Source: an uncultured cyanobacterium (GTDB taxonomy: Bacteria > Cyanobacteriota > Cyanobacteriia > Pseudanabaenales > Pseudanabaenaceae). Taken from it: 64,000 nucleotides of DNA. The notes beneath the pieces were generated by a model, which was given only the letters and a program-made list of their open reading frames with translations, did no database searches and was not told the origin of the DNA. Position 1 is the stretch's first letter. Each line of letters opens with the position of its first letter. Both the position numbers and the translations under genes were made by a program. This document shows, in pieces, positions 20,169 through 30,287 of this stretch. Location of the stretch: the NCBI GenBank assembly GCA_963703315.1, contig OY969811.1, positions 3,296,001 to 3,360,000 on the forward strand, in the 5' to 3' direction.

Positions 20169-22148
20169 ATGAATAAACGATCGCTATCATTTCTGCTGAT
20201 TTGCTCAAGTTTTTTAGTTAACACATTACCCACCCAAGCCCAATATTCAGGTTTAGGGAAAGACAGTCTTGATCCTGCAATTCTCAAACGTTACGCGCCA
20301 CCTGCATTACCTGCTACAGTTACACGTCCGATTGAGTCGATTTTAGATGTGCGATCGCCTGGGTTAGGAACGGTGACACCTGATGGGAAGCGGATGTTTT
20401 TTAATTGGGGAATCACAGGTACAGTACAAGTATGGCGACTGGATGGGGCGCAAAAATTTCCTGTACAGGTCACAGGCGGACAGGATGCTACAAGCATTGC
20501 AGGGATGACTCCCGATGGTAAATATCTATTGCTATCTCGCGATCGCCAAGGTGAGGAAAATCCAGGGCTATATTTGCAATCAACTAAGGGGGGTGAGTTA
20601 GAAGAAATTCAGCATTTAAAAGGGGTTCGGACTTCACTGCAATATATCGGTAATGATTCACGCACGATCTACTTCAGTGCCAATGACATCAAGCCCGACT
20701 CGGTGGTGATTTATCGCTATGATCTCCAAACCAAGAAAAAAATCCAAATTTCTGGCGGTGATGGAGTTTGGTGGATTGCGGATGTATTTGTAAATCCAGA
20801 AACAGGCGATCGCCAAAAGTTTCTTTTTGCCAAAGCAACAGGTAGCCTATCGCGAGAATATTACGAATATGATGTCAAAACTCGTCAAACCACACCGATG
20901 CTTGGTCAAAACGAGAAGGAAGAATACAGCATCCAATATGGTACTAGACCTGATGAATATTTAGTATTAACTCCCAAATTTGACGAATTTCGCCGCCTCT
21001 ATCGCTATCAAAATCAAAAATTTACGCCCATTTCGCCTGACATCAAAGCCGATATTGCTGGCTTTGATATTGATGAACAGCGTCAGCGCATTCTCTATTC
21101 GATTAATGATGGTGGTTACACAAGGCTGAAGGCGATCGCGGCGAATAACTTTGAAGAAATTAAGTTACCTGAATTTGCAAAAGCCGACCATATCTACACA
21201 GGTTCCACAACCCGCAATGGACGCTTTACAACGATTGGCGTAGAAACTGCAACATCCCCTCGTCTCAGCTATGTTTATGATTGGCAAACTCAAAAACTTA
21301 CCCAATGGGTCTTGCCTAGTACTCCTGAAATTGATACCAGTAAATTCACGGCAGCAAAGCTCGAAAGTTATCTAACCAGAGACGGTATCAACATTCCTAT
21401 GTTTGTCTACCGATCGCCCCAATGTGAAAATACTGCTCAAAATCCCCTTGCTAAGCCCTGCCCCGTCATCGTCAATTTTCATGGAGGACCTGAAGGACAG
21501 AGCCAAGCGGGATTTAATCGTTATGCCCAATTATTTGTAAACGCAGGATTTATATTCGTAGAACCAAATGTGCGCGGTAGTGATGGCTATGGCAAAACTT
21601 GGCTCAATGCGGACAATGGACGCGATCGCCTCAAAGTCATCACCGACATCGAAGATGCCTCAATCCATATTCGTAAAAATTGGCAAGTTAATGGTGTTGC
21701 TCCTAAAGTCGGCATCATAGGCGCAAGTTATGGGGGCTATGCTGCCCTGATCGGGATGTCTAAATTTGCAGGGAGCTATGATGCTGGTGTATCGAAAGTT
21801 GGTATTAGCAATCTACTCACTTTTTTAAATAACACTGCTCCCTATCGCCGCGTTTTGAGAATTAGTGAATACGGCGATCCTGTCAAAGATCGACAAGCTT
21901 TAATCGATTTATCGCCTGTAACCTATAGCGATCGCATCAAATCTCCCTTACTAATCATTCAAGGCGCAAATGATCCCCGTGTCCCTGTTGGTGAAGCAAT
22001 CCAAATCCAAAAAATTCTCGAACAGAAAAAAATCCCCTCCCAACTGGTCATCTTCCCCGATGAAGGTCACGGCTCCAGCAAGCGCAGTAACCAAGTCCTA
22101 GAAATTGGCTACACTCTAGACTTCTTCAAAAAATATTTGCAGAATTAA
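20169..22148 (+). CDS. S9 family (prolyl oligopeptidase-type) secreted peptidase
   Basis: Signal peptide; HGGPE, NVRGSDGYG, GASYGG nucleophile, GANDPRV and DEGHG motifs. Confidence 0.93.
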   Translation: MNKRSLSFLLICSSFLVNTLPTQAQYSGLGKDSLDPAILKRYAPPALPATVTRPIESILDVRSPGLGTVTPDGKRMFFNWGITGTVQVWRLDGAQKFPVQVTGGQDATSIAGMTPDGKYLLLSRDRQGEENPGLYLQSTKGGELEEIQHLKGVRTSLQYIGNDSRTIYFSANDIKPDSVVIYRYDLQTKKKIQISGGDGVWWIADVFVNPETGDRQKFLFAKATGSLSREYYEYDVKTRQTTPMLGQNEKEEYSIQYGTRPDEYLVLTPKFDEFRRLYRYQNQKFTPISPDIKADIAGFDIDEQRQRILYSINDGGYTRLKAIAANNFEEIKLPEFAKADHIYTGSTTRNGRFTTIGVETATSPRLSYVYDWQTQKLTQWVLPSTPEIDTSKFTAAKLESYLTRDGINIPMFVYRSPQCENTAQNPLAKPCPVIVNFHGGPEGQSQAGFNRYAQLFVNAGFIFVEPNVRGSDGYGKTWLNADNGRDRLKVITDIEDASIHIRKNWQVNGVAPKVGIIGASYGGYAALIGMSKFAGSYDAGVSKVGISNLLTFLNNTAPYRRVLRISEYGDPVKDRQALIDLSPVTYSDRIKSPLLIIQGANDPRVPVGEAIQIQKILEQKKIPSQLVIFPDEGHGSSKRSNQVLEIGYTLDFFKKYLQN

Positions 22149-22198
22149 TGTCTTGGCAATCTCAAATATGTCTTTAATATCACTTTTACCTAATTTAT

Positions 22199-22789
22199 TT
22201 ACTTACAAATTTTTGTATTTTCTTTAAATAAAAGAATACCAACCTCTTCTAAAAAAGCAATTCTAAAATCTTCCCATCCATCGTCTGGATAAGTTTTAGG
22301 TTCACAAGCATATGCTTCTAAATCTAATCCTTCATAGTTTTTAGATAGTTTGTCATCGAATAAAGCGATTGTATTTTTTAGTTGAGAGATTGCTTTTTTA
22401 CGATTTTTACGAATTGCTCTTTCCGACAAACTAATTGCATTTAACTTGAACTCAACAAAACAAAAATCATTATCATCAAAAAAGATGAAATCACAATAAG
22501 AATCTCCAAATCCTAAAAGCCCTTTTTTACCATCAATCGGTATAAAAGCAATTCCTTTTGCATTTTCAATATTAAATAATTTTGTACTATCAAAATTGGA
22601 CTCTATACTGTTTTGACCATTTTGCCGAATTATAAAAGTTTTATTTTCGTAATCAATACTAACAATTATAAAAGATTGTCCCTTATGATCAATTATAGAG
22701 AAATTATCTCGTAACTCTATTTCTAATATTTCATTTAATTTGTCAAAATTATTTAACAAATTCTCTTTGATTTTCTCAAGTTTGCTCAT
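22199..22789 (-). CDS. Hypothetical protein with PD-(D/E)XK nuclease-like motif
   Basis: CDFIFFDDNDFCFVEFK followed by a helix with AISQL; ATGA overlap with the upstream ATPase; AT-rich. Confidence 0.6.
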   Translation of the reverse strand: MSKLEKIKENLLNNFDKLNEILEIELRDNFSIIDHKGQSFIIVSIDYENKTFIIRQNGQNSIESNFDSTKLFNIENAKGIAFIPIDGKKGLLGFGDSYCDFIFFDDNDFCFVEFKLNAISLSERAIRKNRKKAISQLKNTIALFDDKLSKNYEGLDLEAYACEPKTYPDDGWEDFRIAFLEEVGILLFKENTKICK

Positions 22790-24210
22790 TTTCTTCTAAA
22801 AGTTTTGCCATGAATACGGTATAAAGCATTAAAATCACCACCCAACATCTCAGAGACTGCATCTAAATAATTTTGCTTAATAGCACCTGTTTGCTGATTA
22901 AAAATAGATTCACAATACTCAGGTTCTTCTTCAATAGAAGAATTACCTAAAGAATAGGCAGAAAAGTCGTTAGCCTTTAGCCAAAATTCTTTTGGTATTA
23001 GTTCAGCAACTTCAGCCTCAGCCGATGGATTTTTGTCTACAACTCTTTGGGCAAATAGTAAATTGTTAAATACTGTCAGCATATATGGACTATGAGTTGT
23101 AATAATTAGCTGATTATCATCATTCTGATTAACCATTAAAGCTAACAACTCAACTAAGCTCTTTTGAGCAACAGGAAATAAATGAGCTTCTGGTTCTTCT
23201 ACTATTCTCAACATTTTCAAATTTCTAATAATACCAGAAACTATATCCTGTAAAATCCTAATTACTTCTTGCTGACCTGATGAAGCATTACGAAGATAGA
23301 TAGATTCTTTAGGATTAATTATGATTTTTTCTTCGCCATTTTCATTAATATATTCCCCTTTTAAGATTTCAGATATTTTTTTTATTACAAGATACAAATA
23401 TGGATTATCACTTCTGTTACTTGCTTTACTTTCTTTAATTGAATTTGGATTAAAAGTTAACCTACCAAATTGACCATAAGCACTTAAAAAATCTTTGACA
23501 AGTGTAATTTTTTCAATAAACTCTAGCATTAGAATCTCATCGACAGTTTGAACTCTAGATTGAAGTTCTTGATTACTATTTTTTTCCAATCTATTTTGTA
23601 CATTTGCAAATAGATATTTTTCAAATAGTTCAGAATAACTTACTGTAGCACTTCTACCTGCAATCACAAATAGTGAATCTGTCTGATTACAGTTAAATAA
23701 ATTATTTAATTGAGTCGAAAGAATTTCAGAATAACTAATCTTATTTTGTTGGTGAGCAAGTTGCTCATGAAAACTATTCGAGTATGATTTTTGCTGTAAA
23801 AGCTTTTTGGTTTCACTTATAGAGGCACAGAAGTCTTCAGTATAAAATTTTTTACTCAAATCACATTGTATTAACTTGTCCTTATTCAAAGTCAAACTTA
23901 AATACTTATTCGTTTCAAAACTATAATAAAATTTTATTTGAAAATCCGTAGAATTTTTGGTTGTACCAAACCAATTATAAAACTTCTCTTTCAATACATA
24001 AATAATATCTAAATCCTCATCAAAGTAATCTCTTTGTTTATCTTGGTAAATATAATTAAACACGTCATCTCTTAGAGTTTTAAAGAAGTAAATAAGCTTA
24101 GCAATCGTGCTTTTACCGCTAGCTTGTTCACCTATTAAAACTAAAACTTTCTTTATTTCGATTTCAGCGTATTCGATCGCACCGAAGTTTTTGATAATAA
24201 TTTTTTGCAT
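22786..24210 (-). CDS. ABC-type (AAA_15/AAA_21-like) ATPase
   Basis: IKNFG start, Walker A GEQASGKS, signature-like ASSGQQ, Walker B IVEEPEAHL, H-loop ITTHSPY; no TM segments. Confidence 0.9.
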   Translation of the reverse strand: MQKIIIKNFGAIEYAEIEIKKVLVLIGEQASGKSTIAKLIYFFKTLRDDVFNYIYQDKQRDYFDEDLDIIYVLKEKFYNWFGTTKNSTDFQIKFYYSFETNKYLSLTLNKDKLIQCDLSKKFYTEDFCASISETKKLLQQKSYSNSFHEQLAHQQNKISYSEILSTQLNNLFNCNQTDSLFVIAGRSATVSYSELFEKYLFANVQNRLEKNSNQELQSRVQTVDEILMLEFIEKITLVKDFLSAYGQFGRLTFNPNSIKESKASNRSDNPYLYLVIKKISEILKGEYINENGEEKIIINPKESIYLRNASSGQQEVIRILQDIVSGIIRNLKMLRIVEEPEAHLFPVAQKSLVELLALMVNQNDDNQLIITTHSPYMLTVFNNLLFAQRVVDKNPSAEAEVAELIPKEFWLKANDFSAYSLGNSSIEEEPEYCESIFNQQTGAIKQNYLDAVSEMLGGDFNALYRIHGKTFRRK

Positions 24211-24334
24211 ATAGATTTTGATACTTGCTTATGTGATTTTGTCTTAAAACTAGTTATAGCTTATATTTGATTAAATAAAAAAGGAGGTCTTAAATTAATT
24301 AAGACACTCCTCTTTCAAAAGCTTTGCTTAGGAC

Positions 24335-25177
24335 TTAAGCGTTAACTTTGCCGTAGAATACGCCGCGAATGATTACTTCCTTGGGTTCAACACCGCCAAG
24401 GTCATTGTCAGAGGTTTGCTCAGTCTCGAAAGTACCAACGATTTCGCCAGTATCAGCATTCAACTTAGCAATTTGCAAGGATAAAGTACCCTTAGAGGTC
24501 GAGTCATCCTTAACGCTGCGGTTATCGAAAGAGTTACGCTTTGCAGGTAAAGCTTCAGCAGAGTCATAACCGATCGCTAGACCACGACCTTTAGGATCGA
24601 TGAAGCCAGAACCACGATAGGTCGGCACATCAGTAGAACCAACAAAGTCAACAGATGTAGTGATACCACCTACACCAGGAGCAGTTTTAGCATTGAATCC
24701 CTTAATTGTGAATAAAATTGCAACTAGCTCACCACCAGGCATTTTGACGGTGATTGGTTGATAGTCAAGACCATCAGTTTCTACTAAAGAAAGGCTACCA
24801 TCGCTGTTACCAGTCACGGTTGCCTTTACAAAGTCAAGGCTAGAAGTTGAGCGAGTCATTAGCTTGCTAGCTACAAACTCAGGCTTTTTGCGCTTGTTGT
24901 TAGATTCTTCTTTGACAAAAAATGAAGTTGGCTCTAGGCAAAGTTCAGTTATTTCGACAGACTGACCAGCACCAACGGGAATAAAGTTACGTCCACCGCG
25001 AGAAGCTCCCAAAATGTCACCACATTTGTTAGCTAAGCCAGTATTTACAATTTGGTCATAGGTCAAACCTGGGGGAACTGCGGCGATCGCAGTACTTGCA
25101 AACATACCGTTTGCTACTAATAGACATAAACTGATACACAATGTAAAAATTGCTTTCGTAAAACTACGAAATTTCAT
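24335..25177 (-). CDS. psbO: Photosystem II manganese-stabilizing protein
   Basis: LTYDQIVNTGLANKC, LCLEPTSFFVKEE, ITVKMPGGE and DPKGRG motifs. Confidence 0.97.
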   Translation of the reverse strand: MKFRSFTKAIFTLCISLCLLVANGMFASTAIAAVPPGLTYDQIVNTGLANKCGDILGASRGGRNFIPVGAGQSVEITELCLEPTSFFVKEESNNKRKKPEFVASKLMTRSTSSLDFVKATVTGNSDGSLSLVETDGLDYQPITVKMPGGELVAILFTIKGFNAKTAPGVGGITTSVDFVGSTDVPTYRGSGFIDPKGRGLAIGYDSAEALPAKRNSFDNRSVKDDSTSKGTLSLQIAKLNADTGEIVGTFETEQTSDNDLGGVEPKEVIIRGVFYGKVNA

Positions 25178-25402
25178 AAATAACCTCTTCTTAATTTAAC
25201 GAACTGTATCTTAGAGCTTTGAATGATTGGTGCATAGCACTGTCCGTCCAAAACGCCATTAAAAATACGATCTAGTTTAGGATTTTAAATTGAGATCGTT
25301 AAGGAGTTTGTGGTGCTTTAGACTAGCCATAGAGGTTAGCTTGCTAAAGACTTCATTAGTAAAATTCCAATCACCATATTATCGCGCACGAGGGTACTTA
25401 GC

Positions 25403-25729
25403 TTGGCACAAACAGAAATCCAATCACAGAACCAGTCACAACAGGGGCAAATTGCTGATTTGTCTGAGATTAAGGCAATTAGCGATCGCCTCTGGCAGAT
25501 TGCTCAAAGTCAGCAAGGAAATTCAGCTAGTCTTTTGCAAATTCTACGAATCTTAGAAGAAAATCATAAACGGATTCGCGATGATTTGTTTCAGCCAGCT
25601 TTACCGACTAGTCGCCATGAACTATTTAATCTGCTTCGTGATATTGAGACAAATGGTGGGTGGCCACATATTTATCGGATGAAAATCAATGAAATTTGTC
25701 GGTATTTAGAAGAGCCTGAAGAAGAATGA
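25403..25729 (+). CDS. Conserved cyanobacterial hypothetical protein
   Basis: LLQILRILE...LFQPALP...LLRDIETNGGWP pattern; TTG start. Confidence 0.7.
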   Translation: MAQTEIQSQNQSQQGQIADLSEIKAISDRLWQIAQSQQGNSASLLQILRILEENHKRIRDDLFQPALPTSRHELFNLLRDIETNGGWPHIYRMKINEICRYLEEPEEE

Positions 25730-25757
25730 AGAATATGATCTCCATTTTCTGTTAAAT

Positions 25758-25784
25758 CAAAAAGGGCGCATTGCGCCCTTTTTG
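25758..25784. terminator. Bidirectional intrinsic terminator-like hairpin
   Basis: CAAAAAGGGCGCATTGCGCCCTTTTTG between convergent genes. Confidence 0.6.
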
Positions 25785-25806
25785 CTGTTTAAGGTTGAAG
25801 CAATTA

Positions 25807-25905
25807 CTAGACTCGTCGATATTGCTGATAAGCAGCAAAAAACAATCCGCCAAGGGTAATGAAAATAAGACCGAGGCAAATGCCTGACAAAATTGGTTCT
25901 ACCAT
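25807..25905 (-). CDS. petG: Cytochrome b6-f complex subunit V (not in the ORF track)
   Basis: Manual translation [32 protein letters not shown]. Confidence 0.92.
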   Translation of the reverse strand: MVEPILSGICLGLIFITLGGLFFAAYQQYRRV

Positions 25906-25942
25906 AAAAATTTATTAAACTCACTAATTTAACAGTTTACCT

Positions 25943-26078
25943 TATAGCGTTTCACAGTCTAGTTAAGTAGAGGATTGTTTCCCCGCCGAAGGCGGGGAAA
26001 CAATCCTCTACTCCTCGCTTGCTTAAAACCAAAATAAATGAAGGCGGGGCAAAGCCCCGCCTTCATTTATTTTGGTTT
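25943..26078. repeat. Composite hairpin repeat (TATAGC-ended element plus second hairpin)
   Basis: GTAGAGGATTGTTTCCCCGCCGAAGGCGGGGAAACAATCCTCTAC and AAATGAAGGCGGGGCAAAGCCCCGCCTTCATTT. Confidence 0.8.
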
Positions 26079-27517
26079 TATAGCTGTCCTTGGATGCGTT
26101 GGAGTGTGTCGGAAAGATTGGTGGGGTTTTGATTAGCCAGTGGAACGACTGGAGGGGAAGGTGGTGGGGCAGCCTCACTATTTAAAGCATTAGGGGCAGG
26201 CTGAACTGAGAATAGACGCTCAATATTTTCATAGAGTTTTTGAGCCACAATATCGTTAGCCGCTTCCGTGAGATGAATAGGATCGATAAAAGCCTGTTGC
26301 TTGTTGTCTTGAAATAACTGATAGAAATTTAAAAATTTAGGTTTTAAAGCACTATTGGTAAGAGTCTGTTCGGTGAGATTGTAAGCACTAGCGGCGCGAT
26401 CGCTATATTCTTTACCCAAGGATTTGAGAATGCCTTCTTCCTCTTTAGTTAAGGATTTTTGCTTACCTGTGATTTCTGGCTGAAGTACAATCAGAGAGGG
26501 AATACCAGCGACTAATCTAGTCATTTGCTGCGTATTGTAAAGGTAACGATCAATCCTTTTTTGAGTTTCTTTAGGGTCTTTACTGAACTGTTCAGCATTA
26601 AAAACTTGATATTCAGAGCTAAATGTACTTATATCGGCTGGAACTACCCATTTTTGCCAAGCTTTGACTAAATAAAGTGAATTTAACCAGTTATGAAATT
26701 GCTGAATTTGATATTGACGATACTGAGCAACTGGATCTCGTAACATTTGCTCAACGTTACCAATTTCGCGAGCAGTCTGATTGCTAGGCGATCGCAAGTC
26801 TTCATAACCATCAAGCACAATCAAGGCACTAGGGCTATAAGCGATTACCTTCTGAGATAGCAGAGCTAGTTCATTGCCAGAGCTATAACCAGGGACAGCA
26901 GCCGCAATTACCCGATAACTACCATCCCGAATACGCGGAGGTAAGGTTCGCGTCGCTTCGATTTGATCAGCAAAATAGGGGATTTCTTTAGGTTTAAACT
27001 TTTCGGGACTGCTATTTTGGGCGCGAACGCGATCATTGAGCAGTTTCTCAATTTTAAAAGCCAGAGCCTTTTGATTTTTTTCCGCCATATTCGTAAAAGC
27101 GGTAGAGCTACCTAACAAAAATACGCGGATTTCTGGCTCAGGCTTATCTGTCGGTACAGATGAATCTTGGCGAAATCCTTGGTCATTAATTTGCCAATAT
27201 TCGCTACTTTGGCTAGGTATGAGTTCATAACCTAACAAGGGACTGCGCCTTACTTGTAATTTTCCTGCATCAGGCAATCCAGGGTAATTATTTCCGTTCG
27301 AGTCCTGCAACTTAAAGGCGTATGACTGAGCGATCGCTACAGTTTTATTAGGTGTGAGTTTATCTGTACCACCTGTCGCTAAGACTGCTCCTCGCGCAAT
27401 CAGTTCTGCTAAGAGCAAGAGCAACGGCAAACCAATAAAAATGAGCAGTAAAGTATTTCGCAACCAAGATGATTTGCGCTTGGATTGCCAAGAGGGAGTA
27501 TATCGGGGTCTACGCAT
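26078..27517 (-). CDS. SGNH/GDSL hydrolase family membrane-anchored protein
   Basis: N-terminal TM; INDQGFR, RVFLLGSST, AVPGYSS, LDGYED and FIDPIHLT blocks. Confidence 0.8.
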   Translation of the reverse strand: MRRPRYTPSWQSKRKSSWLRNTLLLIFIGLPLLLLLAELIARGAVLATGGTDKLTPNKTVAIAQSYAFKLQDSNGNNYPGLPDAGKLQVRRSPLLGYELIPSQSSEYWQINDQGFRQDSSVPTDKPEPEIRVFLLGSSTAFTNMAEKNQKALAFKIEKLLNDRVRAQNSSPEKFKPKEIPYFADQIEATRTLPPRIRDGSYRVIAAAVPGYSSGNELALLSQKVIAYSPSALIVLDGYEDLRSPSNQTAREIGNVEQMLRDPVAQYRQYQIQQFHNWLNSLYLVKAWQKWVVPADISTFSSEYQVFNAEQFSKDPKETQKRIDRYLYNTQQMTRLVAGIPSLIVLQPEITGKQKSLTKEEEGILKSLGKEYSDRAASAYNLTEQTLTNSALKPKFLNFYQLFQDNKQQAFIDPIHLTEAANDIVAQKLYENIERLFSVQPAPNALNSEAAPPPSPPVVPLANQNPTNLSDTLQRIQGQL

Positions 27518-27600
27518 GACGAGGCTATTGGTGTGCAGCTTTTTAGCTTATAACAATTTCTACCAAAAATAAGAGGGGGCGCAATGCGCCCCCTCTTATT

Positions 27601-27984
27601 TTACTTAAGTTGAATTAATTCAATTTTGTAACCATCGGGATCTTCAACAAAGGCAATCTCGGTCGTGCCATGCTTCATTGGTCCAGGTTCGCGGGTGATT
27701 TTGCCACCTTTTTCGCGAATTGCGTCACAGGCTGTATAGATATTTTCCATGCCCAGTGCAATATGCCCATAGCCATTACCAATGTCATAGGCTTCGGTAT
27801 CCCAGTTATGGGTTAACTCGATGACGGCGTTGCTAGATTCATCGCCATAGCCCACAAATGCAAGGGTAAAGCGACCTGTGGGGTAATCTTTGCGTCGCAA
27901 TTCCTGCATACCGAGAACGTTAGTATAAAAATCTAGCGATCGCTCTAAGTTACCAACCCGAATCATTGTATGTAAAACACGCAT
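27601..27984 (-). CDS. gloA: Lactoylglutathione lyase (glyoxalase I)
   Basis: [22 protein letters not shown] and [13 protein letters not shown] motifs. Confidence 0.97.
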   Translation of the reverse strand: MRVLHTMIRVGNLERSLDFYTNVLGMQELRRKDYPTGRFTLAFVGYGDESSNAVIELTHNWDTEAYDIGNGYGHIALGMENIYTACDAIREKGGKITREPGPMKHGTTEIAFVEDPDGYKIELIQLK

Positions 27985-28041
27985 TTGGAGATTCCTCTAA
28001 GTTTTGTTAGAAATTATGATTTGCTGAATATCGCTAATAGT

Positions 28042-28491
28042 TTACCGATCATAATCTTCGTCATCTAGACTCTTAGCTTCAACCAACCAGTCAGAGTTTT
28101 GTCCACCGATAATAACTTCTTCGATCGCCACATATTCTTTATCAAACTGGCGCAAAGCATTTACTAAGGTATCGATCGCGATCGCATCGGTAGTTCCTAA
28201 GTCAACCCAACACCTTGCCCAGTCATTTTCGTACTCTAGGTCAGTCATGTTGTGCATCACCGACATCATCTCGTCATCGGCGGCTTGGTTGTCATAGTCA
28301 AAATAGCTGACATCAACACCAGATTCTAAAACCTGTAAGTTGCAAGCATTGAAACCGCCTAGTTTGCCAAGTAAAAACCAAGAATTAAATACTTCATCTA
28401 ACAGTTGTTTTTCTTGCTGGGAGGGAGCTTCATTAAATTTGATCCAGATCCACAGGTCAAACCAATCACATTCTCGAAATCTAACTTCCAT
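28042..28491 (-). CDS. DUF3531 family protein
   Basis: SWFLLGKLGGFNA, MHNM and WARCWVDLGT motifs. Confidence 0.85.
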   Translation of the reverse strand: MEVRFRECDWFDLWIWIKFNEAPSQQEKQLLDEVFNSWFLLGKLGGFNACNLQVLESGVDVSYFDYDNQAADDEMMSVMHNMTDLEYENDWARCWVDLGTTDAIAIDTLVNALRQFDKEYVAIEEVIIGGQNSDWLVEAKSLDDEDYDR

Positions 28492-28584
28492 AATCAACTT
28501 GCAGATCTTGCAAAAATCTCAATAAAAAATAAAAATATTTCAGTCTTTAGTTTAGGCGATCGCTACACTCACATATTGTTGAAC

Positions 28585-28798
28585 TTAATTGCCAGATAGA
28601 TTTCGACGAATCCTGATTTTTTGCTTAGTAGCAATCACAACTGCTCCCAATTCTAAGTCTTGGCTATGATTGATCAAAACTTCTTGTAGTAATTGTTTGC
28701 GCTCTAATCTTGGGAGGTTTTCTAAGCGTAAAACACCACAATGCTTTTTTTGTTGTAGCCAAATCACCACTAGCATTAGCATCTACAAGAAATTTCAT
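28585..28798 (-). pseudogene. DUF5615 (PIN-like) toxin pseudogene with internal deletion and frameshift
   Basis: Starts MKFLVDANASG, then shifts frame into IWLQQKKHCGVLRLENL...GAVVIATKQKIRIR; central part missing; 3 bp downstream of the DUF433 gene. Confidence 0.8.
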
Positions 28799-28801
28799 GG
28801 C

Positions 28802-29056
28802 TTAAGATGCGACTCGTTCAACAATTTCTTCATTAGCCACAAGTCGGTAAGCGTATAGTAATGCTGCATGAATATCAGCTATCTCCAATTCTGGATAGTC
28901 TTCTAAAATTTCTGGGATAGAAGCTTCTTTTGCTAGTAATTCTAAGATCATTGCTACTGAGATTCTTAAACCACGAATTGTTGGCTTGCCACAAAGAACT
29001 TCTTTACTAAAAGTAATTCTTGACAGTAAATTTTCAGTTGAATTTTTTGTATACAT
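28802..29056 (-). CDS. DUF433 antitoxin-like protein
   Basis: GKPTIRGLRISV...EILEDYPELEIADIHAALLYA. Confidence 0.93.
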   Translation of the reverse strand: MYTKNSTENLLSRITFSKEVLCGKPTIRGLRISVAMILELLAKEASIPEILEDYPELEIADIHAALLYAYRLVANEEIVERVAS

Positions 29057-29116
29057 AATTATTTTGAGAAGCTGTTGGTTGATTATGACTACAATATCCT
29101 GTTCAAAATCTTTTAC

Positions 29117-30013
29117 TTAATCTGAATTTACTTCAGGATTAGGCTTTGGGACTTGGGGAAGTTGACGACGGCGGCGGCGTAGGAATAGATAAATTGCTAG
29201 GGGAATTAGCCAATAGGGGCAATAGACTAATAACCAGATGGCTAGTTTTAGTAACCCAATGCTGACACTTATTAATGAGCTAGTAGAGCTATTCCAAGTG
29301 TTTTGAATTTGTGTACCGAGATCGGATTGAGGGGGGATCGTAGCGATCGCTGATGAAAGATTTACTCGTACCGTTGAATAGGCAACTTGATTTTTTAAAT
29401 TGGTTAACTGGGCATCAATTTGCTCGATCGCTTCCCGCACGCGGCTCAGTTCTTGGGTAACTTTCAGGACATCGCCCACCGAGCCAGTCTGCTTGAGGAT
29501 TTCCTGTAACTGCACCTCGGTTTGACGCAAATTTTTGAGGCGGGCTTGCAAATCTACTAATTGATTGGAGACATCCTCAGCCTTAAGCGATCGTCCTTTG
29601 ACAATTCCTAACTGAGCGATCGCCTCAATTATCAAATCTAGACATTCTTGGGGAATTCTGATTTTGAGAGACACCGATTGAGCAATGTCAGAATTACCAA
29701 AACGAAAATCCTGTAATTCTAAAATGTCTCCCTGCTGCTGTTTGACTAAATCTGATATGGCTTTGCTACTTTCTTCAATCGATTTAACTTGCAGTGAAAT
29801 TTCGGCAGATTTAATCAGTTGTGGACGAGAGACAACTGCCTTATCAGGAGCATTGGGAGCTTGAGCTTGTTCAGGCATTGTTGCCAAATCAGCAGGGGCA
29901 GCAACTTTAGAGCTACTAGGTTGATTTAGTGAAGAAGCACAACTGGCGAGAGCGATCGCTACGAGCATACTTAAGGCTGTCAGCGACTTTTTGGCAGATA
30001 TTTGATCTTTCAC
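29117..30013 (-). CDS. DUF4349 domain lipoprotein
   Basis: Lipobox LASC; LIKSAEISLQV, EDVSNQLVDLQARL and VAYSTVRV; C-terminal TM. Confidence 0.88.
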   Translation of the reverse strand: MKDQISAKKSLTALSMLVAIALASCASSLNQPSSSKVAAPADLATMPEQAQAPNAPDKAVVSRPQLIKSAEISLQVKSIEESSKAISDLVKQQQGDILELQDFRFGNSDIAQSVSLKIRIPQECLDLIIEAIAQLGIVKGRSLKAEDVSNQLVDLQARLKNLRQTEVQLQEILKQTGSVGDVLKVTQELSRVREAIEQIDAQLTNLKNQVAYSTVRVNLSSAIATIPPQSDLGTQIQNTWNSSTSSLISVSIGLLKLAIWLLVYCPYWLIPLAIYLFLRRRRRQLPQVPKPNPEVNSD

Positions 30014-30287
30014 CTGCTTTCTCCCAATGGTTGAGATTTGATATTTTAGATTTTATAGGCGATCGCTAACTTCTCTAAATTTGTAAATATGTAGTATTAT
30101 CCATGCAAATAAATTTTAGATATAGCCAGAGCCAATCCTAATCTTTACTACCCTTTAGGGGATTTAGCAGTTTGTAACGATAAGTTACGATAGAGTGCTA
30201 AAGTTAGAAGCAAATTAGTCTAAAAGTCTCAAGAACCCTGTGCAAAATTCTTGGGCAAATTCATAAAAACTGTGTTGAGTCCCATCT

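Noticed and set aside
30174..30188. NtcA-like site GTA...TAC (also near 45292 and 58206)
   Set aside because: Spacers are 9-10 nt, not the GTA-N8-TAC consensus
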